50,348 bases of DNA, from contig CAYGYI010000001.1 in assembly GCA_964354055.1 (NCBI GenBank), forward strand, positions 1 to 50,348. Reading direction: 5' to 3'. This stretch comes from an uncultured Candidatus Bathyarchaeia archaeon (lineage in GTDB: Archaea > Thermoproteota > Bathyarchaeia > Bathyarchaeales > Bathycorpusculaceae). How positions within the stretch are numbered: the first letter of the stretch is position 1; each line of letters begins with the position of its first letter. This document shows, piece by piece, positions 15,920-25,257 of the stretch. Made by a program: the position numbers and the translations under genes. Below the pieces are notes generated by a model. That model was not told where the DNA came from. It worked only from the letters and a program-made list of their open reading frames with translations, and did not search any database.

Positions 15920-16957
15920 CTAAGCTTGCGTGCTCAATCCATTCCAGTTTGAGGATGCAATAACCTGATCCGCACTTCCTTTAAGCCAATGGTTTCTAGA
16001 GTACAGCCACCAAATGAATCCTGTTTTGAGTTTCAAGCCCAGGTTTATCGCTTCTCTTGCGAAGTACATTTCGGCATCTATGCGCTCAAGCGTATCAGCA
16101 TAGTGAACCCCCGTTTCATCAAACCAATGCTTATATGAAGGGTGACGACCGGCCCATTGAACGGCTCTACTATTAGGGTCACTAAGAGCGTCTATCTGAG
16201 CTTGAGCTTCCTGCACAGTCGTTGGATATGGCTTCTTGCTCCAAATGTGATGCGAAATCACTATGTTGCTTCTTTGAAGATCTGGTGGTATGTCGTACCA
16301 TCTCCAATAAGAGGGATTTGGATAGACAATCGGTTTGTTCCAGCCCATAGACCTTATGTTGTCTGTGACTCTCACTAGTGCTGTAAGAAAAAGCCTTACT
16401 GATTCAGCTTCAGTAGCTCCATGTAGGTAGTAGTGCATACATTCGGGCGTTGGTTCGTTAAAAAGTTGGAAAGCTACGATTCTCGAATCATTCACAAACT
16501 GCCTAGCAAATTGAGACCAACGGGTGTACCATTGAAGAGACCCGATGAAGCCAATATGGTCATCATCGTTATGAAGGTCTAGTACGATCCGATAGCCATA
16601 AGACGCAATCTTACTCACTACTGCTTTGAATTGGTTCAAAGCATCAGTAGTGACCACTTTGTTGAAGGAGTCGTCACTCAATCCAAAGGCCAACCTGAAA
16701 GTGTTGAATCCCCACTTCTTGGCCCTTTCGAGAGTTTCGTTAAGCGTAGGGCATAGCCAAAACTCGCCAATTCCACCCGAGACTGTTGTCGTTACACCAC
16801 CTTTAACGTCGTCTTTAGGTTGGAATGTTTCCTGATCAGTCAATGGCGACGACAAGATCGTCGATGGAACTGCACTTCCGTGAACGAGAGTGGCGTTGAT
16901 AAGAAGCAGAGGAAGTAGCCCAATAGCTATCGCCACCATTGTTTCTGTTCTGCCCAT
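15920..16957 (-). CDS. glycoside hydrolase family 5-like (cellulase/mannanase fold), secreted
   Basis: Motifs are WGFNTFRLAF, the acid/base motif FQLFNEP and the nucleophile region WFDETG. ATG at 16957 follows a purine-rich SD-like stretch; the ORF-track GTG at 16984 is also possible. Confidence 0.85.
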   Translation of the reverse strand: MGRTETMVAIAIGLLPLLLINATLVHGSAVPSTILSSPLTDQETFQPKDDVKGGVTTTVSGGIGEFWLCPTLNETLERAKKWGFNTFRLAFGLSDDSFNKVVTTDALNQFKAVVSKIASYGYRIVLDLHNDDDHIGFIGSLQWYTRWSQFARQFVNDSRIVAFQLFNEPTPECMHYYLHGATEAESVRLFLTALVRVTDNIRSMGWNKPIVYPNPSYWRWYDIPPDLQRSNIVISHHIWSKKPYPTTVQEAQAQIDALSDPNSRAVQWAGRHPSYKHWFDETGVHYADTLERIDAEMYFAREAINLGLKLKTGFIWWLYSRNHWLKGSADQVIASSNWNGLSTQA

Positions 16958-17094
16958 TGCTTCCTTTCTCCCTTTGTTAAGCACTAAAGCAATACCATAT
17001 GGGGGTTGTCTCTATGCTGTTCATTGAATGGAAAGGGGCGCACATAAGGCTTTCAGTAAGTGAACTCTAGAAGTCTATTCCATCAATGGGTTCG

Positions 17095-17328
17095 TTAGAT
17101 TTCCGATCGATTACCATTTCCAGCAGAAAAGAAAACGAATCGTTCGCGCGCGCTCCCCAAAGGAGGCGCCACCCCTTGATCTGCTAGGTCAACAATTCTC
17201 GGTCTCCATGTCTGTGTCTCGTTTCTAAGATATTCGGCGAACAGAGGAGCCTCTTCGCAGATCAGCGTTTCTATTTCTTGTCGTCTTCGATCGGTCGATC
17301 GAAAAAGAGGGAAGTTGGAAGTTGGCAA
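17095..17328 (-). CDS. hypothetical small protein
   Basis: The ORF track gives 17095..17421, which overlaps the subtilase 3' end by 82 nt. An in-frame TTG at about 17328 removes the overlap. I do not recognise a family. Confidence 0.25.
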   Translation of the reverse strand: MPTSNFPLFRSTDRRRQEIETLICEEAPLFAEYLRNETQTWRPRIVDLADQGVAPPLGSARERFVFFSAGNGNRSEI

Positions 17329-17339
17329 TGCATTTCGCG

Positions 17340-19712
17340 CTACTTCGTGCTTGCGAGCACTGCTACTTCGTCTGATGCTTCTGCGAAAGTGCTCAATGTC
17401 ACGCTTGTTGGGCCGACCCATGTTTTGCCTTCCGTTGTTCTGTAGAGTTTGCCAGCTGCAGGGGAGACCGTGCCAGTCAAGAGACCAAGTTCAAAGCAGC
17501 CTGAGCCGATTGAGGTTCTGTAGTCGAAGGCCATTATGAACTTGCCGCCTGCAGACCAGCCCAGAATTGGTGCTGGATAGCATCGGTTGTAGGCAGTCAG
17601 GTTTACTAAACCGTAGATCAGTGTGAAACCTGGTTGAGCAGTGACGTTTACGTAAAGGCGATCTGCAAATGTGGACATTGTGAAGCGGTATTGGAATTTG
17701 GGTTGCACTTCTCTGTAGAATCTGGCCATCCATGGGAGAGATGTCGAGATTCCTTCCCAACTGGGACCATTGTTGTAGTAATCCCAGACATGGGTTATGG
17801 CTGTCCCTGATGTGGCAGTTGAAGTGAGAGAATTTTGGACTGGTGTGAACACTATCCAGTATGGTGTGCCGGCGGTGACTGGGACTGATGTATCGAATTC
17901 GACGCCTTGCCAAGACTGAGTGTTTGACATTGTGAAAGTGACCTGTTTCAGCACGTTGGAGCTGGGATATCCTGCGCTTTCAGTTCGGAGCTGAATGGTG
18001 AACAATCCTGATCCGCCTCCTGCCATCAATTCCACTTTCTTAAGTGGATAGGAGACTGTTGGCACGTACCGTATCCCGAATTCTTGAGCATTGTAGGTTC
18101 TGCCAGTCTCGGGTGTTCCTCCTGGGTTTAGTCCTTGTACGTATTGAATTGCACCTGGCTCGCCTGCCATTGCAGAAGCTTGTCCCGATTCATCGGCGAC
18201 CTCTGAGAACGAACCAAGCGTAACGCTCACGGGCCCAACCCATGTTTTGCCGTCCATCGTTCTGTAGAGTTTTCCAGATCTTGTGGAGATTGTGCCCACC
18301 AGCAAGCCGAGTTCGTAGCAGCCGGAAGTGCTTCTGTAGTCAAAGACCATTTGGAAGCTGTCTCCTGAAGCCCAACCCAGCACTGGAGCCGGATAGCATA
18401 CGTTTGGACCTGTTGATACATTCACTTTTCCGCTAATCAATGATCCGCCTGATTGCGCAGCCACGTTGACATAGACGCGGTCCGTGTACCCAGATAATGC
18501 GAACTTGTATTGGTATGTCTCTGGGCTTCCGATGATTTTCTGGCAGTTGATTCTGCCGTATCCATAGTATGAGTCCTTGCCGACAGCGCCTTTATCGTCA
18601 ACTGCCGTGTGCAATGCATTTCGCACTTCACCCACGGTTAGCGAGGGTTTGTAGCTCATTATGAGGGCTGCCAAACCAGCCACGTGTGGGCAGGCCATTG
18701 AAGTTCCGGATTTGTAGCCGTAGCTGTCGCCTGGAATTGATGAGTACACGTTCGTTCCTGGGGCTGAGACTTCGATTTTGCTGCCGTAGTTGCTGTAGGT
18801 GTTGTCGAAAACGTCAGCGCTGGTTGTTGCCGAGACGTCTACGACGTTTGTGTAGGATCCGGGATAGCATGGAGTGACATCAAGGTTCCAGTTCGAGTTT
18901 CCAGCAGCAGCAACAAGCAGTACACCTTTGCCGTAGGCGTAGTTGACTGCATTCTCCACCGTGACTGAGTAGGGATAGTTTTGGAGACTCATGCTTATGA
19001 CATTCACGCCGCGGTCTGCTGCATGCAGTATGCCGCTGGCGAGATCGTCGTTGTTTCCGCCGCCTGCGTCGCTGAGTATCTTTTCTGCCCAGATTCTGCA
19101 TTGAGCTACGCCTGCAACGCCTAGTGCGTTGTTCAGGGTGGCTGCAGCAATTCCGGCGCAGTGCGTTCCGTGTGAATGACCATCCATAGGATCGTTGTCA
19201 TCGTTGACCCAGTCGTAGCCGCCTGCTTTGTAGTTTGCAAGCAGATCGTCGTGTGTATAGTCAATGCCTGTGTCCAGTATGCCGATTGTGACTTCGTTCC
19301 AGCCTCTGTAGGTGTCCCAGGCTTTGTCGGCTTTGATCATGGGCATGTTCCATAGCAGACCCCAGTTTGTGTCGTTAGGTATGAAAGCTGCTTCGCCTAT
19401 GCCGTTTAGCTCAACGTAGGCAACTTGCGGCATTTCTCTTACGCTTTGCATGAACTTCTCTTCGGTGCCGGGTGTTACTCGTACGACTACTGCGTTGATC
19501 TGACCTATCTCTCTCTTTATTGCTGCTCCCATTTCGCTTATGACAGGGCGGAGTGTTGCTATTGACGAGCCTTTGAGACCGATTATTACTTCGCCGGGAA
19601 CGTACCGTGATGACTTTGCAGATGCTTCAACATTTGATGACAGCGGTGAAATCGCGCAGAAGAACATTATTGCAATTGTGCAGAAGCATAGAGCTATCTT
19701 CTTTTTATTCAT
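17340..19712 (-). CDS. secreted subtilisin-like serine protease (S8) with propeptide and a duplicated C-terminal module flanking a central domain
   Basis: The catalytic triad is D147 (GILDTGID), H182 (HGTHCAG) and S338 (SGTSMACPHVAG). It has a signal peptide and an I9-like propeptide. GGAG lies about 10 nt upstream of the ATG. Confidence 0.92.
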   Translation of the reverse strand: MNKKKIALCFCTIAIMFFCAISPLSSNVEASAKSSRYVPGEVIIGLKGSSIATLRPVISEMGAAIKREIGQINAVVVRVTPGTEEKFMQSVREMPQVAYVELNGIGEAAFIPNDTNWGLLWNMPMIKADKAWDTYRGWNEVTIGILDTGIDYTHDDLLANYKAGGYDWVNDDNDPMDGHSHGTHCAGIAAATLNNALGVAGVAQCRIWAEKILSDAGGGNNDDLASGILHAADRGVNVISMSLQNYPYSVTVENAVNYAYGKGVLLVAAAGNSNWNLDVTPCYPGSYTNVVDVSATTSADVFDNTYSNYGSKIEVSAPGTNVYSSIPGDSYGYKSGTSMACPHVAGLAALIMSYKPSLTVGEVRNALHTAVDDKGAVGKDSYYGYGRINCQKIIGSPETYQYKFALSGYTDRVYVNVAAQSGGSLISGKVNVSTGPNVCYPAPVLGWASGDSFQMVFDYRSTSGCYELGLLVGTISTRSGKLYRTMDGKTWVGPVSVTLGSFSEVADESGQASAMAGEPGAIQYVQGLNPGGTPETGRTYNAQEFGIRYVPTVSYPLKKVELMAGGGSGLFTIQLRTESAGYPSSNVLKQVTFTMSNTQSWQGVEFDTSVPVTAGTPYWIVFTPVQNSLTSTATSGTAITHVWDYYNNGPSWEGISTSLPWMARFYREVQPKFQYRFTMSTFADRLYVNVTAQPGFTLIYGLVNLTAYNRCYPAPILGWSAGGKFIMAFDYRTSIGSGCFELGLLTGTVSPAAGKLYRTTEGKTWVGPTSVTLSTFAEASDEVAVLASTK

Positions 19713-20159
19713 TTTTTCCTTCTCCTTTTTACGCGCTTGCGCGCTTGGAAAGGGAACGATCTAGGGTACCCTTTCTAAGAATGGATTATGGAAAACGAGG
19801 GCTATTAAACGTTATGAAGGTACGTTCTAGAACAAAAGCCTTTGCAGTGTGCATTTGAGTTCTTGGATTAGCTTCTTGAGAATGACAGGTTGAATTACGT
19901 GTATGGTTGCGTTTTCTGGGTCTCGTGTGGCATTTACTGTTCTTTGGTTCGTCAAAGTCAGGAGGGACGACAGGTCGCAAGCGGATCTGGTTCGGACATG
20001 TGTATTTGTTGTCGGTTCTGTGTAGTCTTGGAGACTGTCGGGTATGTTACGGTTTTGCTTTGGTTCTGGAAACCTTTTGTTCTGGATTTTAGTTCTAGAA
20101 TCTTGATACATAAACCGAATAAGCGTTCTGTGTTAACTATGGAAGGAGGAGTAGATGTA

Positions 20160-21443
20160 ATGAAAGCGTCAGCCTTTTTGTTGATGGCACTTCTAAGCTC
20201 TATGCTTTTGAATTCAGCATATCTCGTCGGGGGCACATTAGACAACGATCATCTGACAACTTCCGCGGCTAGGCTAGCTTATACCGCATATGGAACGCTC
20301 TCCCTATACGATGTTGACTATTGGTGGATCCCCAACATCAATGGGGCTGAAGTGATCTTGGCAAGCATTGTTCAAGATGAGACTGTTTGTTACGAGTCTT
20401 GGCTGTGCTTTTCCAACTTAACTGTGCTTCAGGACAGATGGTGCTCTGGCACGCACAACCACGATTTCGTTGCTCCGGAAGCTGGTAGCTATTTGCTGAA
20501 GATTCATGCTGCGTATGGCGGGTTCAACTACACAATCTACTGCGATCATCCGGTTCGTGAGGAGCCAATGCAGACTGTGCACGGAAGCCTCTCTCAAGGA
20601 GAAGAGTACAATTACTGGATTCCAAGCATCGCCAAGGATCAAGTGTTTCTAATGAGTACCTTTCAGGATGAAGCTGTGTGTTACGAGTCTTTGTTGTACT
20701 ACTCTAATTTGACTGAGCTGCAGGAGAGATGGTGTTCAGGCACACATAACCATGATTTCGTTGCCGACAAGACTGACACTTACTTGCTGAAGATCAAAGC
20801 CACCTATGGAGGCTTAAACTATACAATAAAGCATAGCAGTCGCGCTCTGCCCACTGGAATCACGTTCTCTGTTGATCCAAATCCTGCTCTTGTAGGTCAA
20901 ACTGTCAATCTTCTTGGCAGACTCTCCGAGCTCAACAGCCACCAGCCGATACCGAATCAAGCAATCAAACTTTCAGTCAATGGTACTCAATCTGGAACAC
21001 TCATGACCAATGCTACTGGTTGGTTCAAAGGTTCTGGGCAGGTTCAGTCTGTAGGAGCGTTCAACGTGACAGTCTCGTATCTAGGCTCAATGCAGTATCT
21101 TCCTTGCTCTAGTTGGACGATGTTGATAGTTAAGAAGACTCAAACATGGCTTTACGCCACGTTCAATCCTAACCCGGTAAACCCCGGGAAATCCTGTGAA
21201 CTCCGCGGCATCCTCGTTGACCAATTTAGCAATCCGATGAAGTCCACAACTGTCAATCTTGAGTATAGCACTGACTACGGGTCAACTTGGCACCCTGCTG
21301 GAACCCTAGTCACAGATTTGTATGGCACTTTATCGAAGACTCTCACAGCTCCATCTCTAGGAACCTACCTAGTTAGAATAAGCTATGCTGGTTCGCCAAG
21401 CCATGGGCCAAGCAGAACTGTAGAGCCACTAATAGTTCGTTAG
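20160..21443 (+). CDS. secreted protein: two tandem PPC-like (pre-peptidase C-terminal-like) domains + two Ig-like domains
   Basis: GGAGGA at 20144-20149 precedes ATG 20160 (MKASAFLLMALLSSMLLNSAYL signal peptide). The upstream 90 codons of the ORF-track call are Cys-rich and implausible. Confidence 0.85.
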   Translation: MKASAFLLMALLSSMLLNSAYLVGGTLDNDHLTTSAARLAYTAYGTLSLYDVDYWWIPNINGAEVILASIVQDETVCYESWLCFSNLTVLQDRWCSGTHNHDFVAPEAGSYLLKIHAAYGGFNYTIYCDHPVREEPMQTVHGSLSQGEEYNYWIPSIAKDQVFLMSTFQDEAVCYESLLYYSNLTELQERWCSGTHNHDFVADKTDTYLLKIKATYGGLNYTIKHSSRALPTGITFSVDPNPALVGQTVNLLGRLSELNSHQPIPNQAIKLSVNGTQSGTLMTNATGWFKGSGQVQSVGAFNVTVSYLGSMQYLPCSSWTMLIVKKTQTWLYATFNPNPVNPGKSCELRGILVDQFSNPMKSTTVNLEYSTDYGSTWHPAGTLVTDLYGTLSKTLTAPSLGTYLVRISYAGSPSHGPSRTVEPLIVR

Positions 21444-21449
21444 CATCCC

Positions 21450-21461
21450 TTTTTTCTTTTT
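21450..21461 (+). terminator. oligo-T tract after 20160..21443
   Basis: ttttttcttttt begins 7 nt after the stop codon. Confidence 0.45.
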
Positions 21462-21538
21462 CAGGCTAATCTTCGGTCAGCAGAAATATCGGAAGTAAAC
21501 GGTCTATAGGCCTATAAAGATGCGTCTGGAGAATAGAT

Positions 21539-22444
21539 TCATAAAACCCAGATTTGTCCGTACAAGAGAAGGACCGTGAACAGCAGAACATAGCTTGAAA
21601 ACATTGTTATTGGGCCAAATATCGTCTTCACGGGTGCGGGCATGTGGCGAAGCCAAAACGAAGGTGCAATAGTTATGGCAAGATAAAGGACAAAAAGAAA
21701 CAGAGAAAATGTGTTAAACCAGCCCAAGACAAAGAAGAACGCAAATTCAACAACTCCTACGAGCACGGACGATCTGAAAAGGGTTGTTGCGGTTTTCAAT
21801 CCCTTTGTTACTGCCACGGTTCCTTTTGCTGTTATGAGATCGACTTTGTAGTGTTTAATTTCGTGTGCGAATCGGTGAATCATGGCTAGAACCGCAAAAA
21901 TAGAGGATACGATTACTGCCTGGGGCGTTACAGTACCTATGGAAGCAACCCCGGCAATGAAAGGTAAGAAGCAGCCTGCGAACTGTATCAATGTGGAGAA
22001 TGGATACTTCATCTTCAGCCTGAATGGTGGGACAGAGTAAAGCGTCCCTAGCAATGCCATTGCAAGGGCGACCGCGAAAAGGCTCACAGAAGCAAATCCG
22101 GCGGACAGAAGCCCAACCAGAACAATCAAGAAAGTTATCGCCAACGCTGTTCTTCTTGAGATTATGTTTGAGACTATCAGCTCTTTGCCCATAATCTTTT
22201 TCTTTGTTTCATCTATTTCCACGTCAAAGCAATCATTGACAGATTGAATGTAACACAGTATCAATGGTATTCCGATAACCAGTCCTTGGAATTGAAGCAG
22301 AGAGAAACTGTTGTTTGAATCGAGCGCGTAGGCAAAGCCCAGAACAGCTGCTCCGAACCATTTTTGCCATCCGAGAACATCCACTAGCCCAAGCAAACCG
22401 CGTATGTAGAGGATGATTCGATTTGTTTTCAAACGGTTCCGCAT
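21539..22444 (-). CDS. UbiA-family prenyltransferase (DGGGP-synthase-like) with a reduced second Asp-rich motif
   Basis: The first motif is NDCFDVEIDETKK (NDxxDxxxD), and there are 8-9 TM helices. The second-motif region reads HEIKHYKVDLITAKGT. The start is ATG 22444 or 22465; either overlaps the upstream gene. Confidence 0.8.
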   Translation of the reverse strand: MRNRLKTNRIILYIRGLLGLVDVLGWQKWFGAAVLGFAYALDSNNSFSLLQFQGLVIGIPLILCYIQSVNDCFDVEIDETKKKIMGKELIVSNIISRRTALAITFLIVLVGLLSAGFASVSLFAVALAMALLGTLYSVPPFRLKMKYPFSTLIQFAGCFLPFIAGVASIGTVTPQAVIVSSIFAVLAMIHRFAHEIKHYKVDLITAKGTVAVTKGLKTATTLFRSSVLVGVVEFAFFFVLGWFNTFSLFLFVLYLAITIAPSFWLRHMPAPVKTIFGPITMFSSYVLLFTVLLLYGQIWVL

Positions 22445-23811
22445 CCTTTCTGATCTCTCATGCATCTTCTCTTTGCGATAGCAGCGACAAGCAAGATGAT
22501 CATCATGAGCGGGAGCAGGGTTACTGCTGACGGAAATTCTGGTACGACATTGACGGATTTGATGATTACTTCGTGTCCTGAGTGATTGTAGGCGAAGTAT
22601 AGGTGTGTGTTGGTGTCTTCTGTAGCCTCAAGGTCGATTATTGGAGAGCCGTTAACAGTCACGTTCCATTGGGTTAAATAGTCGCACCACATGAACGTTT
22701 TAGGTATGGAAATGTTGCAGTAGCCTATGGTGGCCGGTAGGCCTGTCACGTTGAAGCTTATTTGTTTTAGGGAGTGGTTGAAATTGAAGTTCGTTATAGT
22801 CGAGTTGCTTGCGGCGGTTATCGTGCAGTTTGAGCTCTGCCATGAAACATTGAATGTGTAAGTGCGCTCACGTGCAAACCATCTTAGCCAAACGCCGCTT
22901 TCAGGGTTGAGCAGCGAGTTTACGCCCAGTGCCGTTGCCTGCGGTTTAGGGTACAGTTCAGAGGAATTAGGTGCGAAACCTGCGTAGAATTTGCCAGCCG
23001 ATTCAATCCTGATATAGCAGCTTTCGATGAAGCTGAGGCCTCTGCTGATGGCAGAGTCTATCAGACTCTGGTCAACAGTGGTTTGGTTTCTTGCCAGTTC
23101 GAATGATCCTATCATGAAGGCTGTTTCTGCTGAGTTGTAGTCCCAGCTTCCATCTTCTTTCTGCTGATACAAAGCAATGTTAACAACATCATCAACTCTT
23201 GGGACCAGCGCGCCCAGTTGAAAGAGATTCAACATCAAATGTGTTCTTTGATGGTTATAGTAAGCCCATGTGTCAAAGCTGTTGTTCACTGCGTCTAGGA
23301 ACTCGTTCGTCCAAGGCGGGCTTTCTCCCTTGTAAACAACATAGCTTGTAACATACCCCCATAGCCCACCCCAAAAGTTTCCTGAGTCATATGTCTGAAC
23401 GTGGTCAACTACCTTTTCCCAAGTATCGACTGTCGAGAAGAAAGGCTCCAGCGATTTTGCCGGCTTGACTCCTGATCTGTTGTAGAACATCAGGATTTGA
23501 GCCGTTATCGGAACATAATGATTTTGTCCTGTCCCCCAAGTTCCCTCGTCTGATTGCATGCTATTTAGATATTCTATTATTTCAGTTCTGTTAGGAACCT
23601 CTGTCTCAAGTATGTCGTAGCTGTCAAGCGTGAATACAAGATCTAGCATTCCTATTCCTGTGCCACGGTTCAAATTGTAATCCAAGTAGTTGAGGATTTC
23701 CTGTTGATTGATTTCCGAAGGTTCTTGGGCGACTCTGAAGAAACTGAAACTCATCACTATAATCAGGAACGTGCTCGAGATTGTCTTTCCAAATTGCCCG
23801 CACATTAGCAT
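22429..23811 (-). CDS. secreted protein with prenyltransferase/terpene-cyclase-like alpha/alpha-toroid repeats, Ig-like domain and PEF-CTERM sorting signal
   Basis: Q-x2-DG-x-W-type repeats are present (MQSDEGTWG, QQKEDGSWD). The C-terminus is VVPEFPSAVTLLPLMMIILLVAAIAKRR. The probable start is ATG 23811. Confidence 0.85.
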   Translation of the reverse strand: MLMCGQFGKTISSTFLIIVMSFSFFRVAQEPSEINQQEILNYLDYNLNRGTGIGMLDLVFTLDSYDILETEVPNRTEIIEYLNSMQSDEGTWGTGQNHYVPITAQILMFYNRSGVKPAKSLEPFFSTVDTWEKVVDHVQTYDSGNFWGGLWGYVTSYVVYKGESPPWTNEFLDAVNNSFDTWAYYNHQRTHLMLNLFQLGALVPRVDDVVNIALYQQKEDGSWDYNSAETAFMIGSFELARNQTTVDQSLIDSAISRGLSFIESCYIRIESAGKFYAGFAPNSSELYPKPQATALGVNSLLNPESGVWLRWFARERTYTFNVSWQSSNCTITAASNSTITNFNFNHSLKQISFNVTGLPATIGYCNISIPKTFMWCDYLTQWNVTVNGSPIIDLEATEDTNTHLYFAYNHSGHEVIIKSVNVVPEFPSAVTLLPLMMIILLVAAIAKRRCMRDQKGCGTV

Positions 23812-24027
23812 CTTCCCTACTTGAATGCAGTCCTCATTTGTGTGCATCGGGCAATAAATAGAGAGTAGTTCCAATGGACAGTGTTTTCATAGAATTGGAT
23901 CCTCCAGTGACCTTGTCTCAATACTTCCCTTAATAGGCTTCCTTCACATCCTGATATTTTGGCTCTTCGGATGCTCTTGAAAGCGTTGGCAAGACGTTGT
24001 AGAGAGTCGCAATCGATTTCTGTTCTG

Positions 24028-25191
24028 TCAGAACAAATGCCCTGCAAGAGTACGTACTGCATCGTAGATTCTGTTAATCATTGAATGGTTGTCAACGAAA
24101 ATTCGAGTCTCTATGTAGAGATTGTAGTTCCTTTTCACGATATCTAACATTCTCCGCTGGGCTCGGAGCGTATTGCCAAATTTGCGGAGGAATGACTCTT
24201 CGTACTCCCGGAGTCTGATTGCGCTAACATCACCTTCAGCTAGAGCCTCAGTCGACGCTTTGCCAGCCAATGCACCTGCCTGCATGGCATAATAAATGCC
24301 ATTTCCTCCGAGGGGGCCGACTTGACCTGCGGCATCGCCGACTATTAATATGCCATCGCCGCACATTTTGGGGCTGAGTCTTAGGGGTAAACAGGCAGCC
24401 TGAATATCGGACTGCCACGTTATATTGGAAAGAATTCCTGAAGCGATTGGGTGCTCATATATGAGGTACTGGAGATTTCGTTTCAGGCGACCTTCTTTTA
24501 CGTGTGATAGGAGGCTTCCCAAGCCCACATTGTAACCGTGCTTTTTGGGATAGATCCAACCGAATCCACAAGGTGAGACATCTGACCCATAGAAAAAGTG
24601 TTTGGTGTCGGCTATCACTTCGCTTTCCTGTTTAACATATGTCTCGCATTGTATGGCTAGACCAATATCTGAAGGCCTATAGTGTGGCTGGAGGCCGGCT
24701 GATCTAGCGGTGATCGAATGAAAACCATCAGCGGCTATGACGATTTTCGCAAGAAGTTTCTTTGGACCTCCCGGCGTCTTAGCAGTCACGCCTGTTACTT
24801 GGTTCCCTTCTTTCAAAACTCCTAGACAGCAGCTGGATGTCAGTAACGTCACACCTGCGTCAACTGCACGCTCTACCAGATATGGATCAAAGTCCTTTCG
24901 ATAGACAACAGCAGATTCTATCTCTTCAGTCATACATCTCCTCTCACTAGGAGCATACAAAATGTGCTTCTTGGTATGGCACTGAATGACACTGTCATCT
25001 ATGTCAAACTCCCGAAGGATCCTGATGTCCAGCCCTCCCGCGCATACTTTCATGCCGGGTCGCTGGCACTTCTCGAGAAGAGCTACCCGTAGGCCATTTT
25101 CTGCACACTTTCCTGCCGCCGAAGCTCCGCCTGGGCCGGCGCCAACCACGATTACGTCGTAACTAGCACGCGTTTCAAGTCTTTTAGCCAT
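24028..25191 (-). CDS. geranylgeranyl reductase family FAD-dependent oxidoreductase, paralog 1
   Basis: The FAD-binding motif is YDVIVVGAGPGGASAA and the GGR-type motif is VGDAAGQVGPLGGNGIYYAMQAG. The probable start is ATG 25191. Confidence 0.88.
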   Translation of the reverse strand: MAKRLETRASYDVIVVGAGPGGASAAGKCAENGLRVALLEKCQRPGMKVCAGGLDIRILREFDIDDSVIQCHTKKHILYAPSERRCMTEEIESAVVYRKDFDPYLVERAVDAGVTLLTSSCCLGVLKEGNQVTGVTAKTPGGPKKLLAKIVIAADGFHSITARSAGLQPHYRPSDIGLAIQCETYVKQESEVIADTKHFFYGSDVSPCGFGWIYPKKHGYNVGLGSLLSHVKEGRLKRNLQYLIYEHPIASGILSNITWQSDIQAACLPLRLSPKMCGDGILIVGDAAGQVGPLGGNGIYYAMQAGALAGKASTEALAEGDVSAIRLREYEESFLRKFGNTLRAQRRMLDIVKRNYNLYIETRIFVDNHSMINRIYDAVRTLAGHLF

Positions 25192-25257
25192 CTTACGTTT
25201 CTCCTTTTTCCTGAAACAGCGTGTGCTCATACTTGAGGTTTGAAAATGTCATATGTC

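Noticed and set aside
19890-20159. N-terminal 90 codons of the ORF-track call 19890..21443
   Set aside because: The sequence is Cys-rich and implausible and has no signal peptide. GGAGGA precedes ATG 20160, which starts a clean signal peptide, so the region is treated as 5' intergenic and promoter DNA shared with the divergent subtilase gene.
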